The position numbers were made by a program, and so were the translations under genes. From a virus: 64,000 bases of DNA. Under the pieces are notes generated by a model that saw nothing but the letters and a program-made list of their open reading frames with translations, searched no databases and was not told the DNA's origin. The stretch is taken from the IMG/VR virus record IMGVR_UViG_3300023117_002343, positions 11,694-75,693 of that record; one strand, written 5' to 3'. Shown one piece after another: positions 9,601 through 16,458 of the stretch (positions are counted from its first letter, which is position 1; every line of letters starts with the position of its first letter).

Positions 9601-11541
9601 GGTAAAAGTTGTGCCTGAGACGGTCGCAACAACGGAGTCGTCGATGCTTAAGGTGACCGTGCTATTGGCACCTCCGTCAGTAATATCAATGCCGGTACCA
9701 GCGGTTAAGACTCTTTCGTCGGTGAGATTTGGATCGCTAGCCAGTGTTACATACTGCGCATTGGTCGGAGTGGTACCGGCAATCGTCACTTGCCCGTTAG
9801 AGGACGATGCAATAGTCACATTATCGCCGGCAACCAAATAGCTAGACCCGTCAGTCAAACGCGTCAGAGAGCCGCTTAAACCCAGCTGAGCGGTGACAGC
9901 ACCGGAAGCCAAAAGATCGCCGCCAAAAAGCGAAACAGAGTCTCCACTTAGACTCCCTGAGACATAAAAGAAGACGTCGGTGCCTTTATCACTTGGAGCA
10001 TCGATGTTTTCTGCGCCCGGAATTGCAACTGATCCAGTCGTGAATATGGATCCATTGGTGGTCGAGTCCCAATAGGTATCGGCCTGTGTGTCTACGGAAG
10101 ATATCGTTACGGAGCCATTTGATTCCGACGTGATGGTCACGTTGGTGCCGGCAACGAGATACGATGTGCCGTCTGTCAATTGAGTCAGAGATCCGCTTAA
10201 GCCCTCGGTGGCAAAAAATGATCCCGTGAAAGCATTCGTAAAAGAGACTATTTCTGTAGTATCATCGTAACACAGATAAGATTTGCCGCCAGCAATGACT
10301 CCGGATCCCGTAATCTGGGCTATGTCAGTTATGAACGTGGGCTCTTGGGGCCTTACCAGTACAACGCCTTCAGTGGCATTAGAAACCTGAACAACTCCCA
10401 CTCTGGCCGCAAAATTTGGCGCAGCCGGCCTAGAATTTGTGTACGTTCCGGAAGTAACTGACGACAGATACAGAATGTCGCCGGCTGCAAAAGTCGAAGT
10501 ATTTAGATCCCGTACGGCACCGAATGTAGTAATGTATCCCGACTGATTGAGGCCGATTTGCTCCGTTGCCACGCCCAGAATTTGATCTTGCTCGATTTCT
10601 TTCTTGAAAGACTTGACGGAAGCAATTGCCTTTTCGACGGTGACATTGCCGCCATTTGCGCCAGATATTCTAACTGCATCGCCATTATTAATAACGACGC
10701 CTGAATCGTTGAAGGCATAGACATGTTCTTCTTGGCCCAGCTGCAATCTGACATCAGAACCTTGCATATCGAGAGAGACAGTCTTATTGCCGTCGTCCCA
10801 AAACATTCGGCCGGTAGAATGACCAGTTACAGTTGCCTCAGTGTCAAACTGAAGCTCAGGAACATAGTGAACACCAGAAACCAAAACGTCGCCGGCAAAA
10901 ACCGAAACGCCTCTGGCGTTATCTTCCTTAGCTCCAATGATGCCGGTGACAAAAAGAAAAGTATCGGTAGGAGAATAGTTTTGAGTGCCGCTGGTGATCT
11001 GTATGGAATTGTCGCCAGAGCTTGGCACAACTATCGAAGCGGAAAGCGAAAGGTTGGCGTCTATGTGGGTTGCTGCAACCCTCTGATTCGCGTCATCGTA
11101 GGTAAATCCAGCATTGCCACCAAACAGGCCGCCATCGTTGTACTGAACATTTGTATCAGCGCCGCCCGGTGAAGTACCGCCTCCCGTCGAACTAATCGTG
11201 ATTGATCCATTAGACTGCGAGGAGATTGCGATATTGCTGCCGGCAATAAGATAAGAGGTGCCGTCCGTTAATTGAGTGAGCGAACCGGACAAGCCCTGAA
11301 AAGCAGAAACTGGATTAGCAAATTCAGCAGAACCCGTAATCTGATGCAGGTCCGTGAGCTGACCGCCGATAATGGTGCTGCCCGACACGTGAAGCTTGGC
11401 AAGAGGGTCAGATACCCCAATGCCCATTCTTTCAGAGCCAGTTGTAAAAACAAAATTCGGACTCGAATCAAAATCACCGTCAGTGCTAAACTGTATGACT
11501 CCGTTCGAACCCGAAGCTTCTATAACCCTAAATGCTGTCAC
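3673..11541 (-). CDS. Giant modular repeat protein, probable tail/head fibre
   Basis: 2,622 aa, rich in G/S/T, with about 20 copies of GLSGSLTQL.DG.SYL.AG and about 11 copies of TYW.STTNG.IFTTGSVAIPG...DKG.DVFFYVSG. The C-term KDEDGNA..NNITI..SGSD.IDG resembles phage fibre tips. Confidence 0.75.
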   Translation of the reverse strand: MTAFRVIEASGSNGVIQFSTDGDFDSSPNFVFTTGSERMGIGVSDPLAKLHVSGSTIIGGQLTDLHQITGSAEFANPVSAFQGLSGSLTQLTDGTSYLIAGSNIAISSQSNGSITISSTGGGTSPGGADTNVQYNDGGLFGGNAGFTYDDANQRVAATHIDANLSLSASIVVPSSGDNSIQITSGTQNYSPTDTFLFVTGIIGAKEDNARGVSVFAGDVLVSGVHYVPELQFDTEATVTGHSTGRMFWDDGNKTVSLDMQGSDVRLQLGQEEHVYAFNDSGVVINNGDAVRISGANGGNVTVEKAIASVKSFKKEIEQDQILGVATEQIGLNQSGYITTFGAVRDLNTSTFAAGDILYLSSVTSGTYTNSRPAAPNFAARVGVVQVSNATEGVVLVRPQEPTFITDIAQITGSGVIAGGKSYLCYDDTTEIVSFTNAFTGSFFATEGLSGSLTQLTDGTSYLVAGTNVTITSESNGSVTISSVDTQADTYWDSTTNGSIFTTGSVAIPGAENIDAPSDKGTDVFFYVSGSLSGDSVSLFGGDLLASGAVTAQLGLSGSLTRLTDGSSYLVAGDNVTIASSSNGQVTIAGTTPTNAQYVTLASDPNLTDERVLTAGTGIDITDGGANSTVTLSIDDSVVATVSGTTFTGATIHQAGLSGSLTQLSDGTSYLIAGDNITIVSQSNGAITISSIDTQADTYWDSTTNGSIFTTGSVAIPGSESVDSPSDKGTDVFFYVSGALDNTNRSLFGGDTYVSGTGYFEQGLSGSLTQLVDGTSYLIAGSGIAITTGSNGAVTITNDGTVGDITAVIAGNGLLGGGTSGDVTLEINDSIVATVSGTTFTGATIHQAGLSGSLTQLSDGTSYLVAGDNVTITSQSNGSITISSVDTQADTYWDSTTNGSIFTTGSVAIPGSESVDSPSDKGTDVFFYVSGSLNSSDVSLFGGDVITSGSVSGLLGLSGSLTQLTDGTSYLIAGSNVEITSASNGAVTISAPTAGGGAPTNAQYVTLALNATLTDERVLTGGTGIDIVDGGANSNVTLNIDDSVVATVSGTTFTGATIHQAGLSGSLTQLADGTSYLIAGTNVTITSESNGAVTISSVDTQADTYWESTTNGSIFTTGSVAIPGEESVDSPSDKGTDVFFYVSGALDNTNRSLFGGDVYVSGTGYFEQGLSGSLTQLLDGTSYLVAGDGIAITTGSNGSVTITNDGTVGDITSVTAGNGLLGGGSSGDVTLEIDDSIVATVSGTTFTGATIHQAGLSGSLTQLADGTSYLIAGANVTIASESNGAVTISSVDTQADTYWDSTTNGSIFTTGSVAIPGAESVDSPLDKGTDVFFYVSGALDKTQTSLFGGDITASGSVNGLLGLSGSLTQLTDGRSYLVAGSNTTIVSESNGQITISSDTPADAQYVTLALNAELSNERVLTGGTGIDIVDGGANNNVTLNIDDSIVATVSGTTFTGATIHQAGLSGSLTQLADGTSYLIAGTNVTITSESNGAVTISSVDTQADTYWDSTTNGSIFTTGSVAIPGSESVDSPSDKGADVFFYVSGALNNTNRSLFGGDVYVSGTGYFEQGLSGSLTQLLDGTSYLIAGDGIAITTGSNGAVTITNDGTVGDITSVTAGNGLLGGGSSGDVTLEIDDSIVATVSGTTFTGATVHQAGLSGSLTQLADGTSYLIAGTNVTITSESNGAITISSIDTQADTYWDSTTNGSIFTTGSVAIPGAESVDAPSDKGTDVFFYVSGALDKTQTALFGGDITASGSVNGLLGLSGSLTQLTDGRSYLVAGSNVTIVSESNGQVTVSSNTPANAQYVTLALNAELTDERVLTGGTGIDIVDGGANSNVTLNIDDSVVATVSGTTFTGATIHQAGLSGSLTQLADGTSYLIAGTNVTITSESNGAVTISSIDTQADTYWESTTNGSIFTTGSVAIPGVESVDSPSDKGTDVFFYVSGALDNTNRSLFGGDIYVSGTGYFEQGLSGSLTQLLDGSSYLVAGSGIAITTGSNGSVTITNDGTVGDITSVNAGNGLLGGGTSGDVTLEIDDSIVATVSGTTFTGATIHQAGLSGSLTQLADGTSYLIAGDNVTITSESNGAVTISSTQADTYWDSTTNGSIFTTGSVAIPGSESVDSPDDKGADVFFYVSGAIGSANGAFPGVSLFGGDVVISGSITALAGFSGSFSGSFTGDGSALTNVTASYVSSSVIEGGTVGEVLAVNGSGISEFTHNLVDATNTATLALVARYAYDGTGVISLDWGNRILEYPNGVDAVDWGTNNQLTITGSTDVSGTLNVTGDTSIESDLFVTGTSVHLGGLSGSLTQLADGTSYLIAGPGVTITSASNGPVTISSTAASVSTYWDSTTNGAIFTTGSVAIPGGDSGTIDDPTDKGTDVFFYVSGALDKTQTALFGGDVTASGSVNGLLGLSGSLTQLTDGTSYLISGDNVIITSQSNGSVTVSSVQADTYWDSTTNGSIFTTGSVAIPGAEAGTVDAPSDKGTDVFFYVSGAINSAGGASEGVSVFGGDVSVSGSVRYYNSITTPTTRITQPVYTATINDYRIGVRYTATDEVTIQLPKISDVGERDLRFKDEDGNAKKNNITIVASGSDLIDGDSTAILNRNYIAISLYNDGTSNWFIE
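5100..10210. repeat. Higher-order intragenic tandem repeat (about 1.2-kb period, about 4 units)
   Basis: The YVSGTGYFEQG module recurs near 5640, 6845, 8045 and 9260. Confidence 0.8.
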
Positions 11542-11617
11542 GTTTTGCCTTCAGAACTATCTCATGTTTCATTACCTTATAGCAATTTTTGAGACGTTGT
11601 AAATGTTTGCTTGGCGA

Positions 11618-12484
11618 TTAGCGCCCTGATCTAATGATCTCTCTAATGATTTTTTTCAGCTGCCTTTTGGCGCTTTTTATCTCTGCGCGTCGCGCATTCT
11701 CATATATGCCCTGCTCGCCAAAACGACGCAGGTATTTTTTGATCTTCTTGCGAAGACGCTCGGTGAACTCTGAGTCTGGATGGTCTCTGAAATACTGCGG
11801 AAAGTTGTAGCCTAGATCAATTTCATCGGCCAGCCTTGCCAGCTCAGAGACGTCTCCCTTTCTCGCCACCATTTGCTGCGCGGCAGACAGGCCAAATTCC
11901 TGCGCCAATCGCTCGGCAAACTCGTGGCCGAAAGCGTCGATTTCAATGCGAGACTTGAGATAATCAGTGACCGGAGCAGTTTCCTCTGGAATATCGTTCC
12001 ACTTTTCATACTGCTTTTTGGCTTGGTATTTGGTGATACCCTTATCTCTTGCCAAAGAATCATACTGCCGCAGATGAATCAGTTCGTGACGTACCTTGAT
12101 GGCCACGTCTTCCACCACTTTTTTGGCGTTGATCAGCTCCGGATCAAAACCTTCTTCAGCCATCACGATCTTGAGATAGATCTGGCCCTTACTGCGAGTC
12201 GACATGCGCGCTTCGGCGCCGATCAGATATCGATTGGGTTTTTCATCCGACTGCATCTCGACACCGTGATCTTCCTCGCTCAAGCTTTCGGCCACCACTT
12301 TGATGTTTAGACCGTGCTTTTTAAAAAATTTCTGCAGTGTCTTTTTAAGAAGATCAGCTGATTCTGTCAGAGCCTCTCGCCCAAATCGATCCTCATTGTC
12401 GTGCAGCCAAAAGCCCGAAGAGTAAAGAGTCGAGGTCAGGTCCTTGTACAAAAAAGAATCAAGGGGTGCTTCAAAAAGTTTCAT
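11618..12484 (-). CDS. Zincin-like metallopeptidase (HExxH), probable head-associated protein
   Basis: RHELIHLRQY plus downstream EIDAF. N-term MKLFE, C-term QLKKIIREII. Confidence 0.6.
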   Translation of the reverse strand: MKLFEAPLDSFLYKDLTSTLYSSGFWLHDNEDRFGREALTESADLLKKTLQKFFKKHGLNIKVVAESLSEEDHGVEMQSDEKPNRYLIGAEARMSTRSKGQIYLKIVMAEEGFDPELINAKKVVEDVAIKVRHELIHLRQYDSLARDKGITKYQAKKQYEKWNDIPEETAPVTDYLKSRIEIDAFGHEFAERLAQEFGLSAAQQMVARKGDVSELARLADEIDLGYNFPQYFRDHPDSEFTERLRKKIKKYLRRFGEQGIYENARRAEIKSAKRQLKKIIREIIRSGR

Positions 12485-13131
12485 TCTATCACACCTCCTA
12501 GCATTCGAGATTTGCCGCCACCCATCGGATCTGGCTTGTAAGAATAGTTATCGCCGCCAGAGTGCACAATAATGGACCTGCCTCTTACGTCTTCTAGAGT
12601 TAGCCTAGGCGCCAAAAGAATGGCGTCGATTGTGCCATCTTCGAGTGCATAAGCTCGAGGCAGATCGCCCAAGTGTCCATCGCCATAAGGTCCCAGATGC
12701 TTGCCTGTTCCCATTGGATCATAGTGTCCTCCGGCAGCCATTCCAGGCTGGATCTTGCCGTCTTTTTTTCCCGGGCCCACATCTGGATTTTCATGGATGT
12801 GAATGCCATGTTCGCCCGGTGGTACTCCTTCAGCCTTCAGTTTCACTATGAGACCTAGGTCGGTCTGTTCAAACTGAGCCGAGCCGACAGCTTCTCCCAC
12901 TCCATCTTTTGTCAGTCGTCGCAAAATTGCCATGGCATCCACAAAATCGCCCTCTTCAGACTGCTCAAAGAGATGACCGTAGGACTCCCGAATCAATCCC
13001 ATTTTTTTGTAGTAGTCACTGATCTTCTGAAGATATTCGGGCTCCCACTCGTTTTCGTTGCCGATTCGATCTAGAAAGAGACTGCTGGACGTGGCATCGT
13101 CGTAAGTCTGACCCGACTTTCTTTTTTTCAT
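12481..13131 (-). CDS. sodC: Cu/Zn superoxide dismutase with a phage-type N-terminal extension
   Basis: HGIHIHE, AAGGHYDP, KHLGPYGDGHLGDLP, IIVHSGGDNY and GGGKSR retain all metal ligands and the catalytic Arg. Confidence 0.92.
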   Translation of the reverse strand: MKKRKSGQTYDDATSSSLFLDRIGNENEWEPEYLQKISDYYKKMGLIRESYGHLFEQSEEGDFVDAMAILRRLTKDGVGEAVGSAQFEQTDLGLIVKLKAEGVPPGEHGIHIHENPDVGPGKKDGKIQPGMAAGGHYDPMGTGKHLGPYGDGHLGDLPRAYALEDGTIDAILLAPRLTLEDVRGRSIIVHSGGDNYSYKPDPMGGGKSRMLGGVIE

Positions 13132-13442
13132 TATGCTTCCGTTTCTTCGTCTGGAGCTGCAGCCAAAGCTTGTTTGAGCTTTGTCAAATCAACATTTTGA
13201 CCTTTGTCCATCAGTTTAATAAAAAAATCAGCAACCAACTCATTCTGTGCTGTATTGCGTCGATCTTTTTTAAGAGCAGCAATCAATTTTTGAGGCTCGT
13301 CAGCACCGATCTGATTTGCTAACTGCTTTAACTTTTGAAGCTGTTGACCTTCAATTGAAGCATCATCTTGTTCTTGAAGCAAACGTTTTTTAAGCTCGGT
13401 GCGAATCATCGCTCTCAGTTTGGATTCTTTGATAGGGGGCAT
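13131..13442 (-). CDS. Hypothetical protein with a KESKLRAMIRTEL..LLQE leader
   Basis: AGGAG RBS; ATATTTA motif upstream. Confidence 0.7.
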   Translation of the reverse strand: MPPIKESKLRAMIRTELKKRLLQEQDDASIEGQQLQKLKQLANQIGADEPQKLIAALKKDRRNTAQNELVADFFIKLMDKGQNVDLTKLKQALAAAPDEETEA

Positions 13443-13469
13443 GGTTTTCTCCTAACAGGTTACTGCAGG

Positions 13470-13476
13470 TAAATAT
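13470..13476 (-). promoter_or_regulatory. ATATTTA motif (candidate late promoter)
   Basis: Recurs in short intergenic gaps upstream of L/I-x-E protein genes. Confidence 0.55.
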
Positions 13477-13490
13477 CCCCCGCCAGATCT

Positions 13491-14429
13491 TTATGCAACC
13501 AAACGTTCCGGTCCGCCCTCAAATTTTTGGAGGTAATCAAAGACGGCCAGCTCCTTGGCCTTGGCTTCCATGGCAACATCGACCGATTTGCCACACGAAT
13601 CGAAAGGCTCGTAGTAGTAGTCTGAGTGTGCTGCCAAGGATCTACAGGATGAATCCTCGTACTTTTTGCGGCTGTTGGAGTGGTGGCAGACAGGCCGAAT
13701 GCCTTTGGGCCATGTCTCGTAAGCCATCAGAAACGCTTCCTCGTAGGTCGAATCCTGAGGTCCGCACGCAGCGTGGTGAGAATCAAAAACGATGGGAATT
13801 CCCAGGCGCTTGTAGACCGATTCGTAAAGCATCTTGGTGGAGTAGAGATTGGCCCTGTCGTCGTTTTCTACCGTCAGCCGACAGCGCACATTTTCGGGCA
13901 GCCTCTCGAAATTGCGGCACCAGGTGTCCAGGGCCTTTTCTCGATCGCCGTAAGCTGCGCCGATGTGGATGTTGATCTTGGCTTCATGTGTTCGTGGCAT
14001 GCCGAGCATGTCCATCTGATCGCCATGAATCGAAAGATCCTTCACACAGTTGAGAACGACGTCTTCTTTGGGAGATGCCAAGCAATTGAAAGGCCCCGGG
14101 TGAAACGAGAGCCGCTGTCCTGTGTCTCGTGCCAATTGGCCGGCATGTCGCAAGTTCTCTCGGATGGCATCAATATCCGGCAGGTCGCTCCAGTCGTATT
14201 CGCTGGCCCAGGGAAACATGGTGGAAGTGATGCGAAACACTTCGAAACCGTTCTCAGAATTCCACTGAATAATCTCTTTTAAGTCCGTGGTGTTCTTTAG
14301 GGACAGCTCTGATACATAACCCAGGCCCTTAGCGTCAAATGTCTTACGACGCATCGTGCGATTGGTCATGATGCCGCGGGATTTTTGCAGCGTAAGATTG
14401 ATGCAGCAGTAACCGTATCGGTTTGTCAT
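13491..14429 (-). CDS. uvsE: UV-damage endonuclease (UvsE/UVDE)
   Basis: GYCCIN, FRITS.MFP, RLSFHPG, INIHIG, LTVENDD, IVFDSHH, HSDY and MEAKAKE motifs. Start reassigned to the ATG after GGAG. Confidence 0.92.
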   Translation of the reverse strand: MTNRYGYCCINLTLQKSRGIMTNRTMRRKTFDAKGLGYVSELSLKNTTDLKEIIQWNSENGFEVFRITSTMFPWASEYDWSDLPDIDAIRENLRHAGQLARDTGQRLSFHPGPFNCLASPKEDVVLNCVKDLSIHGDQMDMLGMPRTHEAKINIHIGAAYGDREKALDTWCRNFERLPENVRCRLTVENDDRANLYSTKMLYESVYKRLGIPIVFDSHHAACGPQDSTYEEAFLMAYETWPKGIRPVCHHSNSRKKYEDSSCRSLAAHSDYYYEPFDSCGKSVDVAMEAKAKELAVFDYLQKFEGGPERLVA

Positions 14430-14455
14430 TGCTTTCTCCATGGGCAGTTTATTAG

Positions 14456-14485
14456 ATTTTATCACACTTTGGACCATAATTACAC
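14456..14485 (-). promoter_or_regulatory. sigma70-like promoter GTGTAA-N18-TAAAAT for uvsE, overlapping a plus-strand ATAATTA motif at 14476-14482
   Basis: The same -35/-10 pair is found at four other sites. Confidence 0.6.
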
Positions 14486-14505
14486 GTAACATCGGAGATT
14501 TATAA

Positions 14506-15204
14506 ATGAAGCTAGAAGACGTTCTCAATGAATCGCTTGACGACCTGCTGCGCGAGGCTCTGCAGGAAGACAAAGACCAAAACAAAGACGGCAAAAATGA
14601 TTTTGATGACGTTAAAATTGCCAGAATGAAAGCTTCTGGAATGTCTGATAAAGAAATTCGCAAGAAGCACCCTGATCTATTTGCTGAGTCTGATGAGCTG
14701 CCGGCAAGTTACAAAGCTAAGAAGGGCACCAAAAGAGGCGACAAGCTTCGAAAACTTACCGATCGATACAAAAATGCCAAGACAGAAAAAGAAAAAGAAG
14801 CTGCTCGCAAGGCTCGAGACAAGTATGAAGAAGAAATCGCTAAAAAGAACACTTACGGTAAACCAAAAAAGAGTAAGTACTCAGAATCTGTTTTAGATGA
14901 TTTGTTAGATGACTTGTTGACAGAAATCGCCGTGGAAGAGGCTAAGAAAAAGAAGCCAAAAAAGATCAGTAAGAAAGTTGATGCAGCTCTGAAGAAAAAA
15001 GCAAAGAAGCACAATGCGCCTTTGGGGGCACTTAAAGCAGTCTATAGAAAAGGTATGGGCGCATTTTACACCTCCGGAGCACGGCCGGGGCAGAGCGCCC
15101 ACTCTTGGGCCATGGGAAGAGTCAACTCCTTCCTCAAAGGCGGTAAGGCAAGAAAGGTCGATTCTGCGCAGTGGAACCAAGTCAAGAAGCATAGGAAAAA
15201 ATAG
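14506..15204 (+). CDS. Basic protein with an EF-hand-like loop and a DUF5824-like C-terminal domain
   Basis: DQNKDGKNDFDD loop; LKAVYRKGMGAFYTSGARPGQSAHSWAMGRVNSF resembles DUF5824 from memory; multiple LxE sites. Confidence 0.65.
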   Translation: MKLEDVLNESLDDLLREALQEDKDQNKDGKNDFDDVKIARMKASGMSDKEIRKKHPDLFAESDELPASYKAKKGTKRGDKLRKLTDRYKNAKTEKEKEAARKARDKYEEEIAKKNTYGKPKKSKYSESVLDDLLDDLLTEIAVEEAKKKKPKKISKKVDAALKKKAKKHNAPLGALKAVYRKGMGAFYTSGARPGQSAHSWAMGRVNSFLKGGKARKVDSAQWNQVKKHRKK

Positions 15205-15464
15205 TGATTAATAAGACAAAGTTGGCTGCGCTGTCTACTGTGATTTTTTTCTTGACGGGATTTTCAGGTGTTTCCAGTGGCAAACTACCTGCTCGATCAA
15301 AGTTCTACGACTTCTCTGACACTCTGATAGACGGCGAGATCAAGAAGCCGACCGCACTGTACACGGATGTTCGGCAGCAGGTCAAGTTCGAAAGGCTTCT
15401 CAAGATTCGGAAGTCCTTTCTGCGCAATCTCTTTGACACGGCAAAAGAGAGAGTCTTTAAGTAA
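15204..15464 (+). CDS. cglF: Secreted CglF/GltF-like gliding-motility protein homologue
   Basis: Signal peptide followed by DFSDTLIDGEIKKP...Y...R..VKF..L..IR..F, matching the CglF/GltF pattern DF.D..I.G...KP...Y..R...K...LI.IR..F. Confidence 0.7.
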   Translation: MINKTKLAALSTVIFFLTGFSGVSSGKLPARSKFYDFSDTLIDGEIKKPTALYTDVRQQVKFERLLKIRKSFLRNLFDTAKERVFK

Positions 15465-15672
15465 GGCTTGATCCCTTGATAAATTCTTCAACGAATAGCC
15501 GAAGTTGTTTTTCAGCACTTTCCTGCATGCTGGTCGTGTCTGTCAGTTTTTGCCAGTGTTTTTGAGAAATGCCCATAGGCACTCCGCCGCGGCGTCTTGC
15601 AAGGTCTTCAGGCGTGAGATACATGGCCTGCTCACGAATAAGATTTCGAATTTGCCTTAGGCTAACTTTCAC
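15457..15672 (-). CDS. Small protein with an MKVSLRQIRNLIRE leader
   Basis: GTG start overlapping the upstream stop; shared leader motif. Confidence 0.6.
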   Translation of the reverse strand: MKVSLRQIRNLIREQAMYLTPEDLARRRGGVPMGISQKHWQKLTDTTSMQESAEKQLRLFVEEFIKGSSLT

Positions 15673-16058
15673 TTATTGCCCTCGGCAACCTCGTTCATCG
15701 TCTCTAGCGTCTTCTGAATCACTAGCTGCTCGATGCGCTTAGGATCCACCAACTCGGTCAGTTTTCTGAAGGTATCAACGAAGGAGGCCATCTCTTCCAG
15801 TTGCTCACTCAGCTTTTGAATGGTATCATCGACAGCAAACTCGCCGGAAACTGCGGACGTCTTCAGTTCCAAAAAGCCCTGCGTGCTAATGTTTCTCAGG
15901 CCATCGAGCTGAGTTGGTTGATTTGCTGCAGGCTCTTCTTTCTGCGCGACCTGATTTGATTGAACCGGTTGATTCTGAGATTCTTCGATGCGCTGTGTCG
16001 ACCCTGAAGGTTGGGCCGACAGCCGATAAGGCATGTTAAGCGGCGCATCGATTCTCAT
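15669..16058 (-). CDS. Hypothetical protein
   Basis: 129-aa ORF in the operon. Confidence 0.6.
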   Translation of the reverse strand: MRIDAPLNMPYRLSAQPSGSTQRIEESQNQPVQSNQVAQKEEPAANQPTQLDGLRNISTQGFLELKTSAVSGEFAVDDTIQKLSEQLEEMASFVDTFRKLTELVDPKRIEQLVIQKTLETMNEVAEGNK

Positions 16059-16061
16059 CTA

Positions 16062-16349
16062 TCAATAACCAGAAGCATCTTCTAATGCTTGTAAAGCCGC
16101 CTCAAACTGATCAAGTGCTGCCATAGCGTCGTTCATAAGCTCATGAGCACCAGACATTTTATTCCAAAGCTGACCTTCAGCAGGAAGCGCCATACCACGA
16201 CTTAAAATTCTATCCGCGCGATCACGAAGAGACTGTTCTCTGTCGCGGATATGACTCCGAAGTTGAAACCTTGTCATGGGTTGTTCCGATAAGATTCGGG
16301 CTTTTTCTTCTTGAATAATTCTTCTTAGTTGTTGTTTTGTGATCTTCAT
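16062..16349 (-). CDS. Small protein with an MKITKQQLRRIIQEE..ILSE leader
   Basis: GAGGTGGAG RBS; shared leader motif. Confidence 0.7.
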   Translation of the reverse strand: MKITKQQLRRIIQEEKARILSEQPMTRFQLRSHIRDREQSLRDRADRILSRGMALPAEGQLWNKMSGAHELMNDAMAALDQFEAALQALEDASGY

Positions 16350-16368
16350 TGCTCCACCTCTAGCTTTT

Positions 16369-16453
16369 TGTCGAAAAGGATGAGGAGTACTACCTCCATT
16401 CCCCTGCTTGGTTACCCTGCGGCGTGATTCGTTCTATATCCAACCCTCAGACA
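16369..16453 (-). ncRNA. Candidate rod-like structured RNA with weak SRP (4.5S)-like features
   Basis: Ends pair (TGTC/GACA, GAGGGT/ATCCTT with G-U pairs, GGA/TCC); apical GG-GTAA-CC GNRA loop followed by AAGCAG. Confidence 0.3.
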
Positions 16454-16458
16454 TTTCT

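Noticed and set aside
4655-11602. Many recurring plus-strand ORFs (MNVVPETVAT..., MPETVAT...)
   Set aside because: Antisense shadows of the giant repeat gene
14430-14663. Long N-terminal extension of UvsE in the ORF track
   Set aside because: Overlaps the divergent plus-strand gene; homology, RBS and promoter fit the ATG at 14429
16369-16453. tRNA interpretation of the intergenic element
   Set aside because: No convincing D arm or TTC T-loop; kept only as a generic or SRP-like hairpin candidate
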